Of a stretch of 64,000 nucleotides of DNA, positions 45,105 to 54,734 are shown in pieces. A program made the position numbers and the translations under genes. Source of the DNA: Dehalococcoidia bacterium (GTDB lineage: Bacteria; Chloroflexota; Dehalococcoidia; Lucifugimonadales; UBA3495); the NCBI GenBank assembly GCA_965204715.1, contig OZ242009.1, forward strand, positions 244,893 through 308,892, in the 5' to 3' direction. Below the pieces are notes generated by a model. It had not been told where the DNA came from, made no database searches, and saw only the letters and a list, made by a program, of their open reading frames with translations. How positions within the stretch are numbered: the stretch's first letter is position 1; the number at the start of each line of letters is the position of its first letter.

Positions 45105-45623
45105 ATGACTACCACCGCCTTGGATAGGGAGTCCATCGGGGACCTGGTATTGGGCAAACCTCCCTTGATTGAGGAATATATCTCCCTTGATGAACAGCTA
45201 CAGCCCAACGGGTTCGATCTGACTCTACGCGACGTTAAGAGCATGACATCTGCCGGCAGCATGGGGGATACCCCGGACCAGAGGGAGTTGGCTGGTACGG
45301 AGCCCGTTCCATTCGGGGCTCATGGCTGGCTCGATCTCCGGCCGGGGTCATACCTGCTGACCTTCAACGAAATCATCAACCTCCCCCTCAACCTGACGGC
45401 TTTGGGTTTCCCCCGCTCCAGCCTGCTACGAAGCGGCGTAAGCATCCACACCGCCGTCGGCGACGCGGGTTACCGGGGCCGCCTTCAGGCGTTGATGGTA
45501 GTCCACAACCCCGCCGGCTACCGGGTCAGGCGCAACGCCAGGCTGTGGCAGTTGGTGTTCTTCCAACTTGCCAGGACGGTAAGCCAAGGCTACCAGGGCC
45601 GGTTCCTGGGTGAGAACCTGTAA
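45105..45623 (+). CDS. dCTP deaminase/dUTPase-family protein (probable dUTP diphosphatase)
   Basis: GGAAGGAG precedes ATG 45105. PNGFDLTLRDV, FPRSSLLRSGVSIHTAVGDAGYRGRL and ARLWQLVFF. Confidence 0.7.
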   Translation: MTTTALDRESIGDLVLGKPPLIEEYISLDEQLQPNGFDLTLRDVKSMTSAGSMGDTPDQRELAGTEPVPFGAHGWLDLRPGSYLLTFNEIINLPLNLTALGFPRSSLLRSGVSIHTAVGDAGYRGRLQALMVVHNPAGYRVRRNARLWQLVFFQLARTVSQGYQGRFLGENL

Positions 45624-45686
45624 CATCCGAGGCACACTGGGATGGCAGAAAACCGTAGACTGATGAGCTAACGACGGAAGCCCTCC

Positions 45687-46934
45687 TTGGAAATTGAACA
45701 GCTAGTCAAGGACCATGCCAAAGCCCTGGGCTTCGATCTGGTCAGAATCGCCTCCGCGGAGGAGTTCGTCGAGGACAGGGATGCGGCGTTGGAGCGTGTG
45801 CGGGACGGACACATGGACGGGCTGCCCTGGTTCACCGGGTCGCGGGTGCGACGCGGAGCGGACCCGCAGACGTTGCTGACGGGAGCGCGTTCCATCATTT
45901 GCCTGGGCCTGAGCTACATTCCGGGCGAAGATCCCCGCTTTCGCGGGAATGACGGGCAAGTAGATGAAACTCCGGAGCCGCCGCTTCCCATGTCCGGCAG
46001 GGTGGCCCGCTACGCGCGGCTCCGGGACTACCACCGGGTGATGAAACGGCGGATGCGCGCCTTGGTCCGCGAGTTGTCCAATGCCCTGGAAACACAGGTG
46101 TCCGCCCGCTGGTACGTGGACGATGGCCCGATGCTGGACCGGGCTGCGGCCAACCGTGCGGGACTCGGCTGGTTCGGCAAGAACACCAACATCCTCACCC
46201 CCAGTCATGGCTCTTGGGTCTTCCTCGGCCAGGTGATCACCGACCTGGAACTGACCCCCGACCTTCCCCTGAGTAAGACTTGCGGCGCGTGCGTCCGCTG
46301 CATAGACGCCTGCCCTACCGGGGCCATCGTCGCGCCCTACGTCATCGACAACTCCCGGTGCATCTCCTACCTGACCATCGAGAACCGGGGGCCGATACCG
46401 CGGGGCCTTCGCCCTCAGATGCTGGACTGGGTGTTCGGCTGCGACATTTGCCAGGAGGTCTGCCCCGTGAACCGCAAGGCGTCCACAGGTGACCCCTTGG
46501 TCTGGAAACGGGCCGGAGAATCCCTCCGGCGCCGTGACCCTCAAGACACCAGCGGGCATACAGACGATGGTCCATCACCGGCCCGGAATGGTGGTCTGGA
46601 GCTGTTGGACCTTGTAGAGCTGCTTCGTATGAGCGAGGGAGACTTCCAGGAGCGGTTCAAGGGCACGCCCATCATGCGTGCGAAGTGGGACGGGATGCGG
46701 CGCAACGCCTGCGTGGCCCTGGGCAACCTCGCCGCCCCGGAGTCTGTCCCGGCGCTGCGCGACGCTCTGGAAACCGGCAGCGTCCTGGTGCGAAGTCACG
46801 CGGCATGGGCACTGGGCCGCATTGATACACTGGATGCCCAACGGGCCCTCGAAAATGCCGCAACCACGGAGACTGACGAGGTTGTAACCGGGGAAATAGA
46901 AGCCGCGCTGGCCCAGATGCTCAGTCCAGGTTAG
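45687..46934 (+). CDS. queG: tRNA epoxyqueuosine(34) reductase QueG
   Basis: GRVARYARLRDYH, CGACVRCIDACPTGAI, RCISYLTIE and GCDICQEVCPVN, plus a C-terminal HEAT-like region. TTG start. Confidence 0.85.
   Translation: MEIEQLVKDHAKALGFDLVRIASAEEFVEDRDAALERVRDGHMDGLPWFTGSRVRRGADPQTLLTGARSIICLGLSYIPGEDPRFRGNDGQVDETPEPPLPMSGRVARYARLRDYHRVMKRRMRALVRELSNALETQVSARWYVDDGPMLDRAAANRAGLGWFGKNTNILTPSHGSWVFLGQVITDLELTPDLPLSKTCGACVRCIDACPTGAIVAPYVIDNSRCISYLTIENRGPIPRGLRPQMLDWVFGCDICQEVCPVNRKASTGDPLVWKRAGESLRRRDPQDTSGHTDDGPSPARNGGLELLDLVELLRMSEGDFQERFKGTPIMRAKWDGMRRNACVALGNLAAPESVPALRDALETGSVLVRSHAAWALGRIDTLDAQRALENAATTETDEVVTGEIEAALAQMLSPG
45931..45950. repeat. palindromic element copy 4 (ATCCCCGC-TTTC-GCGGGAAT), in frame inside queG
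   Basis: Translated as ..DPRFRGND.. in a loop ~10 aa longer than in E. coli QueG (comparison from memory). Confidence 0.7.
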
Positions 46935-46972
46935 GTACTAACCAACCGTCAGTTGCCAGGTGAAGAATGGGG

Positions 46973-47584
46973 CTAGGCAGGCGTGCGCCGCCTTTGTCCC
47001 CGAGGCTTCGCAGGAGCATTCGCGGCCTCACTCTGGGGTCTGGCGCGGGATGAGTCCCTGTTGCGGCTCCTTCTGGAACCGCTCTTCTTACGGCGGGCCG
47101 TCTCACCTATGGGTGGGGCCGAGTCCGGGTCGTAGTCCGCGCCAAGGCTGAGCTTCTTCATCTCCTCCTCTATGAGCAGGAAGTCGCTCTTGGGCAGCAG
47201 GTGCAGGTTGCCCTGAAACGCCATGTACCAGTCCTCGGGGGGCCAACGGCGCACGTAGTCCAGCCTCGGCGCCAACAAGTTGGCATCGATGAATTGGCTG
47301 TCGTCCAAAACAATTGCGGGCACAGTCTTGACCCGATAGGGCCAGTCTGACACACCTTCTTTTTCCCAAATGGGCGTTGCGTCCTCGACGTAGGAGTCCG
47401 TGGCCGTAGCCGTGGCGGCAAAGCAGCGGACGTGGGTGACGTAGAAGAGGATGCGGTCCCCGTTGCCGATGCGCTGGACCTTGCGGCGGTGCTGCCCCTT
47501 GAGTCCCAGCAGCGTAAAACCCATGTCATGCGTGATTCTAAAATTCTTCTCGTTGCTGACAACCATCCAGAAATTATGAGGCAT
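46973..47584 (-). CDS. EVE (PUA-like) domain protein with basic C-terminal tail
   Basis: ATG 47584. MPHNFWMVVSNEKNFRITHDMGFTLLGLKGQHRRKVQRIGNGDRILFYV...WPYRVKTVP has an EVE-like pattern. The tail is RRKKSGSRRSRNRDSSRARP...RGQRRR. Confidence 0.6.
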   Translation of the reverse strand: MPHNFWMVVSNEKNFRITHDMGFTLLGLKGQHRRKVQRIGNGDRILFYVTHVRCFAATATATDSYVEDATPIWEKEGVSDWPYRVKTVPAIVLDDSQFIDANLLAPRLDYVRRWPPEDWYMAFQGNLHLLPKSDFLLIEEEMKKLSLGADYDPDSAPPIGETARRKKSGSRRSRNRDSSRARPQSEAANAPAKPRGQRRRTPA

Positions 47585-47742
47585 ATCTATCCCGGCGCAT
47601 TCCGCGCCGCCAAACAAATTCAAGAGTTGGACACTCTTCAATATTCTACCACGGAGACGCCGCAGCATCCGGGAGTCTGCGGCGAGTGTTGAGGATATTG
47701 GGAGTTACAGGAAAGCCATGGGCCTTACCGCAAGAGGGCTTG

Positions 47743-48474
47743 CTAATCTTCCCATTCGAACGATAAAGATGGCTTGAGGCGAAGGTATTGCACTCTCCAA
47801 CTGGCCATCTCCTTCAACCCGGTCAGCCCGATGCGCACCCGGAATTCTTCCCCGCGAGACGGCGCATTCCTGCCCGCCAGCCAGAATGTTGTCGCCGGAT
47901 TGGGATTATACCGTTCTTGGAGCATTCCATTAGGGAGGCAAGTGATGCTAATTGAGTGAAGTTGGTTGCCAACCTCCGGGATTTCCTCGTAATTGTACTT
48001 CACAAATATGGTAGTGGTAAGAAACGCGAGGTTGTCCCTGTCGCGGTAGATAAGAGGGACCGTACCCGGAACGTCGACGGCTGCTCCAGACCGGACCTGA
48101 CGAACTCTCATGGAGGTCTGAGAGGTCTGAGAAGTCTGAATCGTGACGGTTCTTGAACCCTCTACTTTCTCCGCTTTCGAGTCGACGAACAGCGCTTGGC
48201 GCAGGGAAAAGTCGGGAGAGAAGAGATAGCGAGCCCGCTTATAATCGATGGTGCCGAAAAGCCTTACCGGAATGATGGACGTGCCAATTCGGTCCATTGC
48301 CTCTCGAGTGACGTCCTCTGCGATGTCCTGTACGTCGTCCCTCTCGTTCTCGAATATGTCTGCCGCTTCAGTGGCAAATGAATATATCGCCTGGACTACA
48401 AGCCTGAGAGAGGCTTTTTCCACCGATTCAAGCAAGTCCAGGTCTTGATCAAGTGAAGCCGGGTCAAGAGTCAT
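47743..48474 (-). CDS. putative type II restriction endonuclease (PD-(D/E)xK-like)
   Basis: Lies immediately downstream of the methyltransferase (3-nt gap). Candidate motif ..IDYK...FVDSKAEK. No family recognised. Lower GC: 30 of 60 on line 48001. Confidence 0.4.
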   Translation of the reverse strand: MTLDPASLDQDLDLLESVEKASLRLVVQAIYSFATEAADIFENERDDVQDIAEDVTREAMDRIGTSIIPVRLFGTIDYKRARYLFSPDFSLRQALFVDSKAEKVEGSRTVTIQTSQTSQTSMRVRQVRSGAAVDVPGTVPLIYRDRDNLAFLTTTIFVKYNYEEIPEVGNQLHSISITCLPNGMLQERYNPNPATTFWLAGRNAPSRGEEFRVRIGLTGLKEMASWRVQYLRLKPSLSFEWED

Positions 48475-48477
48475 GAC

Positions 48478-49473
48478 CTACGAATGCGACTCCAACGCGA
48501 TTCTGCCGGATGCCATTTCCACGTATTCGGGCACGGAGTCAATGCCTATGTAGCTGCGCCCCTCTCGAATCGCAGCCACGGCCATTGTTCCCAGCCCCAT
48601 GAACGGGTCGATTACCAGGTCGCCGTGACCGGAGAAAATGCGAATTACCCGCCTCGGGAGTTCGACTGGAAATTGGGCTTCGTGTTTGGTGTTGCTTCTG
48701 ACGGAGGGTATGTTCCAGACTGCCCTTGATCCCCAATCACTCCATTCCTCTTTACTCAGCCGGTTCCGGTCAATGACGGAAATTCCCGGTTTCCAGAACA
48801 CATAGACGTACTCGAACTCGTCAACCGCCCGGTAGGAGAGGCTATGCCAGCGAGAGTTCTCCCAACAGGGGTCCTTAACCCATGCCCTCCGGTCATAGAG
48901 GAAGAACCCAGCTGCCTCGGCCCATTCCTGCACCATGCCGCCGACCAGCAATACCTTGGTCTGGGTCGAGTATTTGCCTCCGCGGACGTTATTATGGTTC
49001 AGCCGCCGGTCAATGGTCTGCTCACTGCAACCCAGCATCTCGGCCAACTGATAGCGATTGAGATGCGGGTGAGTCAACTTCGCAGATAAGACCTGTTCCC
49101 TGGTAACTCCGGACCGTTTCAAGGTCACGTTGTCGGCTTGAATTCTCGGCATCTCAGGATCGGGAAAAGCCAGAATATCAGCGATATTTATGGCAAGAAA
49201 TCCCCCCGGAGCAATCAAGTCGAAGTGCAAAGCGATCACTTCCTTGAGGAGCGCCTGCCACTCGTCGAACAGCAGGTCTTTCTCGTAGCTCTTCCCCACG
49301 AAATAAGGTGGAGACCAGAAACTCAGGGCAACTGTCTCCGGTTCGATCCGCCGCATAAGCCCGCGGCAATCGCCGCAATAGAGGCGGTTGACGGCAAGGC
49401 ATTCGGTCTCATTAGGGTGTCCGAGAGGCAACCGGAGAGGAATCGGAGTGTTATACCTCGAGTCAATGTCCAT
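48478..49473 (-). CDS. beta-class DNA methyltransferase (SPPY motif IV before FxGxG motif I; likely N4-cytosine or N6-adenine) with internal HTH insert
   Basis: ATG 49473. FWSPPYFVGKSYE (motif IV) and LVIDPFMGLGTMAVAAIREGRSYIGID (motif I). HTH-like insert RYQLAEMLGCSEQTIDRRL. Confidence 0.75.
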   Translation of the reverse strand: MDIDSRYNTPIPLRLPLGHPNETECLAVNRLYCGDCRGLMRRIEPETVALSFWSPPYFVGKSYEKDLLFDEWQALLKEVIALHFDLIAPGGFLAINIADILAFPDPEMPRIQADNVTLKRSGVTREQVLSAKLTHPHLNRYQLAEMLGCSEQTIDRRLNHNNVRGGKYSTQTKVLLVGGMVQEWAEAAGFFLYDRRAWVKDPCWENSRWHSLSYRAVDEFEYVYVFWKPGISVIDRNRLSKEEWSDWGSRAVWNIPSVRSNTKHEAQFPVELPRRVIRIFSGHGDLVIDPFMGLGTMAVAAIREGRSYIGIDSVPEYVEMASGRIALESHS

Positions 49474-49723
49474 CAATGAAACCCTTGCAACTCCGTCTCG
49501 GCCCGCCGGGCAACATTTCACCACGGAAAAGCCGCAACAAGCAATCCTTCGCACGTCAGGGGCGGGGCATTTCCATTTCCAGGGAAGTCGCGGCAGAAGG
49601 TCGAGTCCCACTAACCAATGGTTGTTGTCGGCCCCTGGTTAGTGTACCATCGCCAAAGCCTTTGACCTGATGGCGGACCAACCAGCCGCCTCGGTTCAGG
49701 CACACTTATCAGAGGGTATTGGA

Positions 49724-50899
49724 ATGACATCTAGCACTCGCGGGGAACGGGACATCGCAATTGTCGGTGTCGCCGAGTCCGATGAGATGGGCACCGTTCC
49801 CAACAAGTCGTCCCTGCAACATCATGCCGAGGCAGCCCACAACGCCTTGGAGGATGCGGGCCTATCCAAGTCCGACGTGGACGGCGTGTTTACCGCCGGG
49901 TTCTCCACTCTAGCCACCGCGGAGTACCTGGGGATTCAACCGGGGTACACCGACAACACCTCGGTCGGCGGGTCCTCCTTCGTGATTCACGTGGCCCATG
50001 CCGTCGCGGCCATCCGCGCCGGGTTCTGCGAAGTGGCGCTGATTACCCACGGTCAGGCCGGGCGCTCAACCAGGGGCAGGGTCGGCGGCGACCCCAACCA
50101 GCCTACGGCGCAGTACGAGGCCCCCTTCGGGATGATCGGGCCACCCATCAATTATGCGATGGCCTGCTCCCGCTACATGCACCAGTACGGCGAGGACAAG
50201 ACCCGCCAGGGCATGGCCGAGATCGCCGTATCCACCCGCAAGTGGGCCAACCTCAACCCCAAGGCGGTGATGCACGAGACGCCGATGAGCTTCGACGACT
50301 ACCACAACTCCCGGTGGGTCGCATGGCCCTTCCATCTGTTTGACTGCTGCCTGGTCACCGATTCGGGGGCGGCCATCATAGTGACCACCGCGGAGCGGGC
50401 GCGAAACTGCGCCAAGGAGCCAGTCTGGGTCCTGGGAGCGGCAGAGGGCCACGACCACAACATGATCACCATGATGCCCGACCTGACATCCCTCATCGCG
50501 CGGGAAACCGGCCCCAGGGCTTTCGGACGGGCAGGCATGACACCCGACGACATTGACCTGACCATGATTTACGACTCCTTTACATACACGGTGATGCTCA
50601 CCCTGGAGGCCCTCGGGTTCTGCGGGCCGGGGGAGGCGGCGGACTTCGTGGCAGGCCAGCGTACCGCACCGGGCGGAGACTTCCCGCTGAACACCAGCGG
50701 CGGCGGCCTGTCCTATACCCACCCCGGCATGTACGGCAGTTTCCTGCTGGTAGAGGCGGCACGGCAACTCCGGGGCGAAGCCGGGGAACGCCAGGTCAAG
50801 GGCAGGCGCGACCCGTCCCAGAATCCGAAGACCTCCGTGGTCAACGGCACCGGCGGCTCTCTTTCATCCACCGGCACGGTAGTCCTGGCTACGGGGTAG
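49724..50899 (+). CDS. thiolase-like (SCP-x/lipid-transfer type) acetyl-CoA acetyltransferase-family protein
   Basis: ATG 49724. RDIAIVGVAESDEMG...FDCCLVTDSGAAIIVT...NTSGGGLS. Confidence 0.7.
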   Translation: MTSSTRGERDIAIVGVAESDEMGTVPNKSSLQHHAEAAHNALEDAGLSKSDVDGVFTAGFSTLATAEYLGIQPGYTDNTSVGGSSFVIHVAHAVAAIRAGFCEVALITHGQAGRSTRGRVGGDPNQPTAQYEAPFGMIGPPINYAMACSRYMHQYGEDKTRQGMAEIAVSTRKWANLNPKAVMHETPMSFDDYHNSRWVAWPFHLFDCCLVTDSGAAIIVTTAERARNCAKEPVWVLGAAEGHDHNMITMMPDLTSLIARETGPRAFGRAGMTPDDIDLTMIYDSFTYTVMLTLEALGFCGPGEAADFVAGQRTAPGGDFPLNTSGGGLSYTHPGMYGSFLLVEAARQLRGEAGERQVKGRRDPSQNPKTSVVNGTGGSLSSTGTVVLATG

Positions 50900-50974
50900 C
50901 CGGACCGATGTATTCGGCCTGGCAGTCCGGCTGCTGACCGGCGTCCTGCCAGATGGCTGACAAAGCCGCTTTCG

Positions 50975-51010
50975 CCTCCCTCCCGCAGCGTTGCGGGAGG
51001 GAGGTTTTTT
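50975..51010 (+). terminator. intrinsic terminator after the thiolase-like gene
   Basis: Perfect 12-bp stem cctccctcccgc-agcgtt-gcgggagggagg, followed by tttttt. Confidence 0.85.
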
Positions 51011-51237
51011 CGCTGTTTGGAGACGGACACTCCGGCGGGCGGGACGCCCGGCGCTCCGGGTTGCGGTCCATCTGGGTGAGCGGCGAACCTGCGCTAACTC
51101 GTATCCGGGATGCTAGGGAAATTTTCTGGCGCTGTGCTAGAGTGGCCCTACGAATTACTGGCGCGGCGGCTTGCCGACCGTGTCATCTTTGTACACCCGT
51201 GGCGACTCATTCGCCGGAGGTGAAAGGATATGAACAT

Positions 51238-52152
51238 ATGGAGCCGTCTATTCGTTCGTTTCTAGAGCATCTTATTGTCGAAAAGGGATTCTCACAAAAC
51301 ACATCCGACGCCTACCGCAACGACCTGACCCAGTTCTGGGAGTTTTATCAGCAGAAGCGCAGCCCCCACAGCAACGGTCACAGTCCCTGGGCCTACGTGG
51401 ACATCGACCTGCTGAACGAGTACATAGAGAGCCTCCGCGGCGCACGCGGCTACCGTGAGACCACTACCGCCCGCAAGGTGGCAGCCATCAAGTCATTCTT
51501 CGGTTTCCTGTCCGAAAACGGCGTCGTCACGGAAGACCCCACCCAGTCCCTGGGTTCCCCCAAAGTAGGCCGCAACCTCCCCAAGTACCTCACCGAAGAC
51601 GAAGTCAACCGGCTTCTGGACGGCGCCGCACACTCCGGCACCCCGGAAGGGCAACGGGACGCCACCATCCTGGAACTGCTGTACGCCACCGGACTGCGCG
51701 TAGGGGAACTGGTCTCCCTGGACGTTTCAAGTCTGGACCTCAACGAGTCCTACATCCGGTGTTGGGGTAAAGGCTCCAAGGAACGCATCGTGTATGTGTA
51801 TCCCAAGGCGTGGGACTCCCTGCAGGACTACATAAAACGGGGAAGAAAGAACCTCGTGGGGTCCCGCAAGGACCAGAAGGCCCTGTTCGTGAACCACCGG
51901 GGGGAACGGCTGACCCGGCAATGGGTCTGGAACATCATGAAGAGATATGGGGCCAAGGCGAACATCAACGCCCACATCACACCCCACACCCTGCGGCACA
52001 GCTTCGCCACCCACCTGCTCCAGAACGGCGCGTCCCTCCGGCACGTGCAGGAATTGCTGGGCCATTCCAGCATCTCCACCACTCAGGTATATACACACCT
52101 TACGGACAACTACGTCCACGAGGAGTACGAGAAGAGCCACCCCAGGGCGTAG
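51238..52152 (+). CDS. XerC/XerD-family tyrosine site-specific recombinase
   Basis: ATG 51238. FLEHLIVEKGFSQNTSDAYRNDL (SAM-like N-domain), ATGLRVGELV, HTLRHSFATHLL and LGHSSISTTQVYTH. Confidence 0.85.
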   Translation: MEPSIRSFLEHLIVEKGFSQNTSDAYRNDLTQFWEFYQQKRSPHSNGHSPWAYVDIDLLNEYIESLRGARGYRETTTARKVAAIKSFFGFLSENGVVTEDPTQSLGSPKVGRNLPKYLTEDEVNRLLDGAAHSGTPEGQRDATILELLYATGLRVGELVSLDVSSLDLNESYIRCWGKGSKERIVYVYPKAWDSLQDYIKRGRKNLVGSRKDQKALFVNHRGERLTRQWVWNIMKRYGAKANINAHITPHTLRHSFATHLLQNGASLRHVQELLGHSSISTTQVYTHLTDNYVHEEYEKSHPRA

Positions 52153-52281
52153 CTGGGCGGCAAGGTCAAGGCATGAAAAATTGCAGGGATAACCCTGCCT
52201 GGCTGCTGCCAAATTATGTAAATTGCTGTTATATTGGTGGGGAATTAGCCGGGCCCGCGGGGTCACTTGTGGGTCCGGCGA

Positions 52282-52290
52282 TGGTATTAT
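52282..52290 (+). promoter_or_regulatory. extended -10 promoter candidate (TGgTATTAT)
   Basis: Lies 22 nt upstream of ATG 52313, in an AT-richer spacer after the xer gene. Confidence 0.35.
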
Positions 52291-52312
52291 GGACGTGAGG
52301 AGATAGACCCCC

Positions 52313-52687
52313 ATGCCAGGCAAAGCCCGCCGCGTAGCATCGCGCCAGTCACAATTGAACCAGCGGCGCAAGAAGCAGAACCGGGGACCCAGAGGGATAC
52401 CGGCCGCCGTAGGGGCGCGCCCCAGCGTCAATAACGGCGCCGACGGGGGGCCAGAGGCCCAAGCGACGGAACCCTCTCGCGTTGCCCAGCCGGTTGCAAC
52501 AGCCGTGCGGCCGGAAAGATCCCCGGAGCGGCCAAGCCCCGTCAACAGGCAGGCCCAGGACTCTTCCCGAACGCATCGTCGAGAACCCACGGGAGCCACC
52601 AGCTACGTCGGGTATGAAATCAAGCGCATCCTGGTCCTGGCAGGGGCAGTAGTGGCGGTTATCGTTGGTCTATCTTTCGTCGTATAG
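52313..52687 (+). CDS. small basic hypothetical protein with C-terminal TM helix
   Basis: GAGGAG SD. Basic, low-complexity N-terminal half. C-terminus ILVLAGAVVAVIVGLSFVV. Confidence 0.4.
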   Translation: MPGKARRVASRQSQLNQRRKKQNRGPRGIPAAVGARPSVNNGADGGPEAQATEPSRVAQPVATAVRPERSPERPSPVNRQAQDSSRTHRREPTGATSYVGYEIKRILVLAGAVVAVIVGLSFVV

Positions 52688-52692
52688 CGATC

Positions 52693-54615
52693 ATGGCCAC
52701 ACGGTCACTAATGAGCTCGAGGTTCGAACGCCGCCTGCTGGCGGCACCCGACCGGCCGGGCGTTTACCTGATGAAAGACGCCCGGGGCAATGTGTTGTAC
52801 GTCGGCAAGGCCAGCGTTCTTAGCAACCGGCTCCGGTCCTACTTCGGTTCCCCCTCCGGTCTTCCCGCCAAGACCCGGCGAATGCTGGGACAACTTGACG
52901 ATTTCGAGTGCATCGTCACCGACACTGAGGCCGAGGCGCTGATCCTGGAAAACACGCTGATCAAGCGTCACCGGCCCCGCTACAATGCCCGTCTCAAGGA
53001 CGACAAGACCTACCCGTATCTGAAGATCGCGCTCAACGAGGACTTCCCGAGGGTGTACATCACCCGGCGGGTAGCCAAGGACGGCGCGCGCTACTTCGGC
53101 CCCTTCGCCACCACCGGGACGGTGCGGAAGACCATGGACCTGGTGAAACGGCTGTTTCCCTACAGGTCTTGCACCAAGAACATCACGGGCAAAGACCCGC
53201 GCCCATGCCTGGAATACTTCATCAACAGATGCGTTGCCCCCTGCACCGGCCATGCCACCAGGGAAGACTACGACAAGGTCATCCAGCAAGTGGTCCTGTT
53301 CATGGAAGGGGACACGGAGGCGGTTACACGGGACCTTCAGGAGAACATGCAGAAGGCATCGGACAACCTGGAGTTCGAGCGGGCCGCGGTGCTGCGGGAC
53401 CGAATGCGCAGCGTGGAGCGGGTGGCCGAGGAGCAACGCATCAAGGTAGACGCCAACCCGGTCAGCGATATGGACGTTATCGCCCTGGCCCAGAAGGACC
53501 AGGAGACCTGGATGGAAGTGTTCTTCGTCCGGCGCAACAAGCTCATCGGACGGGACCACTTCTTCATGGAGGGGGCGCAGGAGGACGACCCGGGGCTGAT
53601 CATCGGCCAGTTCATCAAGCAGTTCTACCAGTCGGCGTCGGAGATTCCCCGCCGCATACTGGTCCAGCACCCGCTGGAAGAGGAGGAGCTTATCCGGGAG
53701 TGGCTGCAAGGCCTGCGGGATGGTCCGGTACGCATAGTCCTCCCCAAGCGGGGCCAGCACAAGAAGCTGGTCAATCTGGTGGCGGAGAACGCCAGCCAGG
53801 GCCTGGACCAGTACCGTGTCCGTTGGCTGGACAATGCCGACGTCATCAGGAGCGCGATGGCGGAGTTGCGGGAGGAGTTGGGCTTGCCCCAGGCCCCAGG
53901 GTCTGACAGCTTGCGCCGGATGGAGTGCTACGACATCTCCCACATCCAGGGGTCCAACACCGTCGGCAGCATGGTGGTGTTCGAGGAGGGCAAGCCAAAG
54001 CCATCCCAATACCGCCGCTTTCGGGTAAAGACCGTCGAGGGCGTGGACGACTTCGAGAGCATGAGGGAGGTTCTTCGCCGGAGGTTCAACCGGATGGCCG
54101 AGGTCCGGGCGCGTCAGGCCCGCGAAAGAGGCACGGGGGACGACGGGGATTCCCGCCCGGCCCCGGCTGAAGAAGACCATACGTGGGGAATCTTCCCGGA
54201 TCTGGTCCTGATTGACGGCGGGAAGGGACAGCTCTCAGCGGCCCTGGAAGTGCTCCTGGAGATGGGACTGGACAACGTGCCACTGGCCTCCCTGGCCAAG
54301 GAGAACGAATGGCTGTTCGTCCCCCACACTCCGGAGCCCATCATTCTCCCAAGGGACTCCCAGGCGCTGTACCTGGTGCAGCGGATCCGCGACGAGGCGC
54401 ACCGCTTCGCCGTCACCTACCACCGAAACCTGCGCAGTAAGAGCAGCCTGCGTTCGCCCATCGACTCGGTCAACGGCATAGGGCCGAAACGGAAGCGGAT
54501 GCTGATGCGGAAGTTCGGTTCTCTGAATGGCATCAAACAGGCGTCGATTGACGAGATCGCCGCCGTTCCGGGGATGACCCGTTCCCTTGCCCTGCTGGTC
54601 AAGCAGAGCATCTAA
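52693..54615 (+). CDS. uvrC: excinuclease ABC subunit C
   Basis: GIY-YIG N-terminus (PGVYLMKDARGNVLYVGKA), a UVR domain, an endonuclease domain and a C-terminal (HhH)2. Confidence 0.92.
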   Translation: MATRSLMSSRFERRLLAAPDRPGVYLMKDARGNVLYVGKASVLSNRLRSYFGSPSGLPAKTRRMLGQLDDFECIVTDTEAEALILENTLIKRHRPRYNARLKDDKTYPYLKIALNEDFPRVYITRRVAKDGARYFGPFATTGTVRKTMDLVKRLFPYRSCTKNITGKDPRPCLEYFINRCVAPCTGHATREDYDKVIQQVVLFMEGDTEAVTRDLQENMQKASDNLEFERAAVLRDRMRSVERVAEEQRIKVDANPVSDMDVIALAQKDQETWMEVFFVRRNKLIGRDHFFMEGAQEDDPGLIIGQFIKQFYQSASEIPRRILVQHPLEEEELIREWLQGLRDGPVRIVLPKRGQHKKLVNLVAENASQGLDQYRVRWLDNADVIRSAMAELREELGLPQAPGSDSLRRMECYDISHIQGSNTVGSMVVFEEGKPKPSQYRRFRVKTVEGVDDFESMREVLRRRFNRMAEVRARQARERGTGDDGDSRPAPAEEDHTWGIFPDLVLIDGGKGQLSAALEVLLEMGLDNVPLASLAKENEWLFVPHTPEPIILPRDSQALYLVQRIRDEAHRFAVTYHRNLRSKSSLRSPIDSVNGIGPKRKRMLMRKFGSLNGIKQASIDEIAAVPGMTRSLALLVKQSI

Positions 54616-54654
54616 CACCCCGGCGCGTTAGTCACACTTTTGCCGTTTCTCCGG

Positions 54655-54683
54655 TTGCCCAACATGGTGTTGTCCGGTAGTAT
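54655..54683 (+). promoter_or_regulatory. promoter candidate (TTGCCC-N17-TAGTAT)
   Basis: Lies about 50 nt upstream of ATG 54735. Confidence 0.4.
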
Positions 54684-54734
54684 TGGAGCCGTACACCCAA
54701 CTTTGGGCCGGGACAATCGGACGGGTTTGGGTCC

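Noticed and set aside
49612-49643. 7-8 bp inverted repeat (ctaaccaa...ctggttag) upstream of the methyltransferase, as a possible controller-protein operator.
   Set aside because: It is short and lies ~140 nt from the likely methyltransferase start. No C-protein gene is present. It cannot be told apart from chance.
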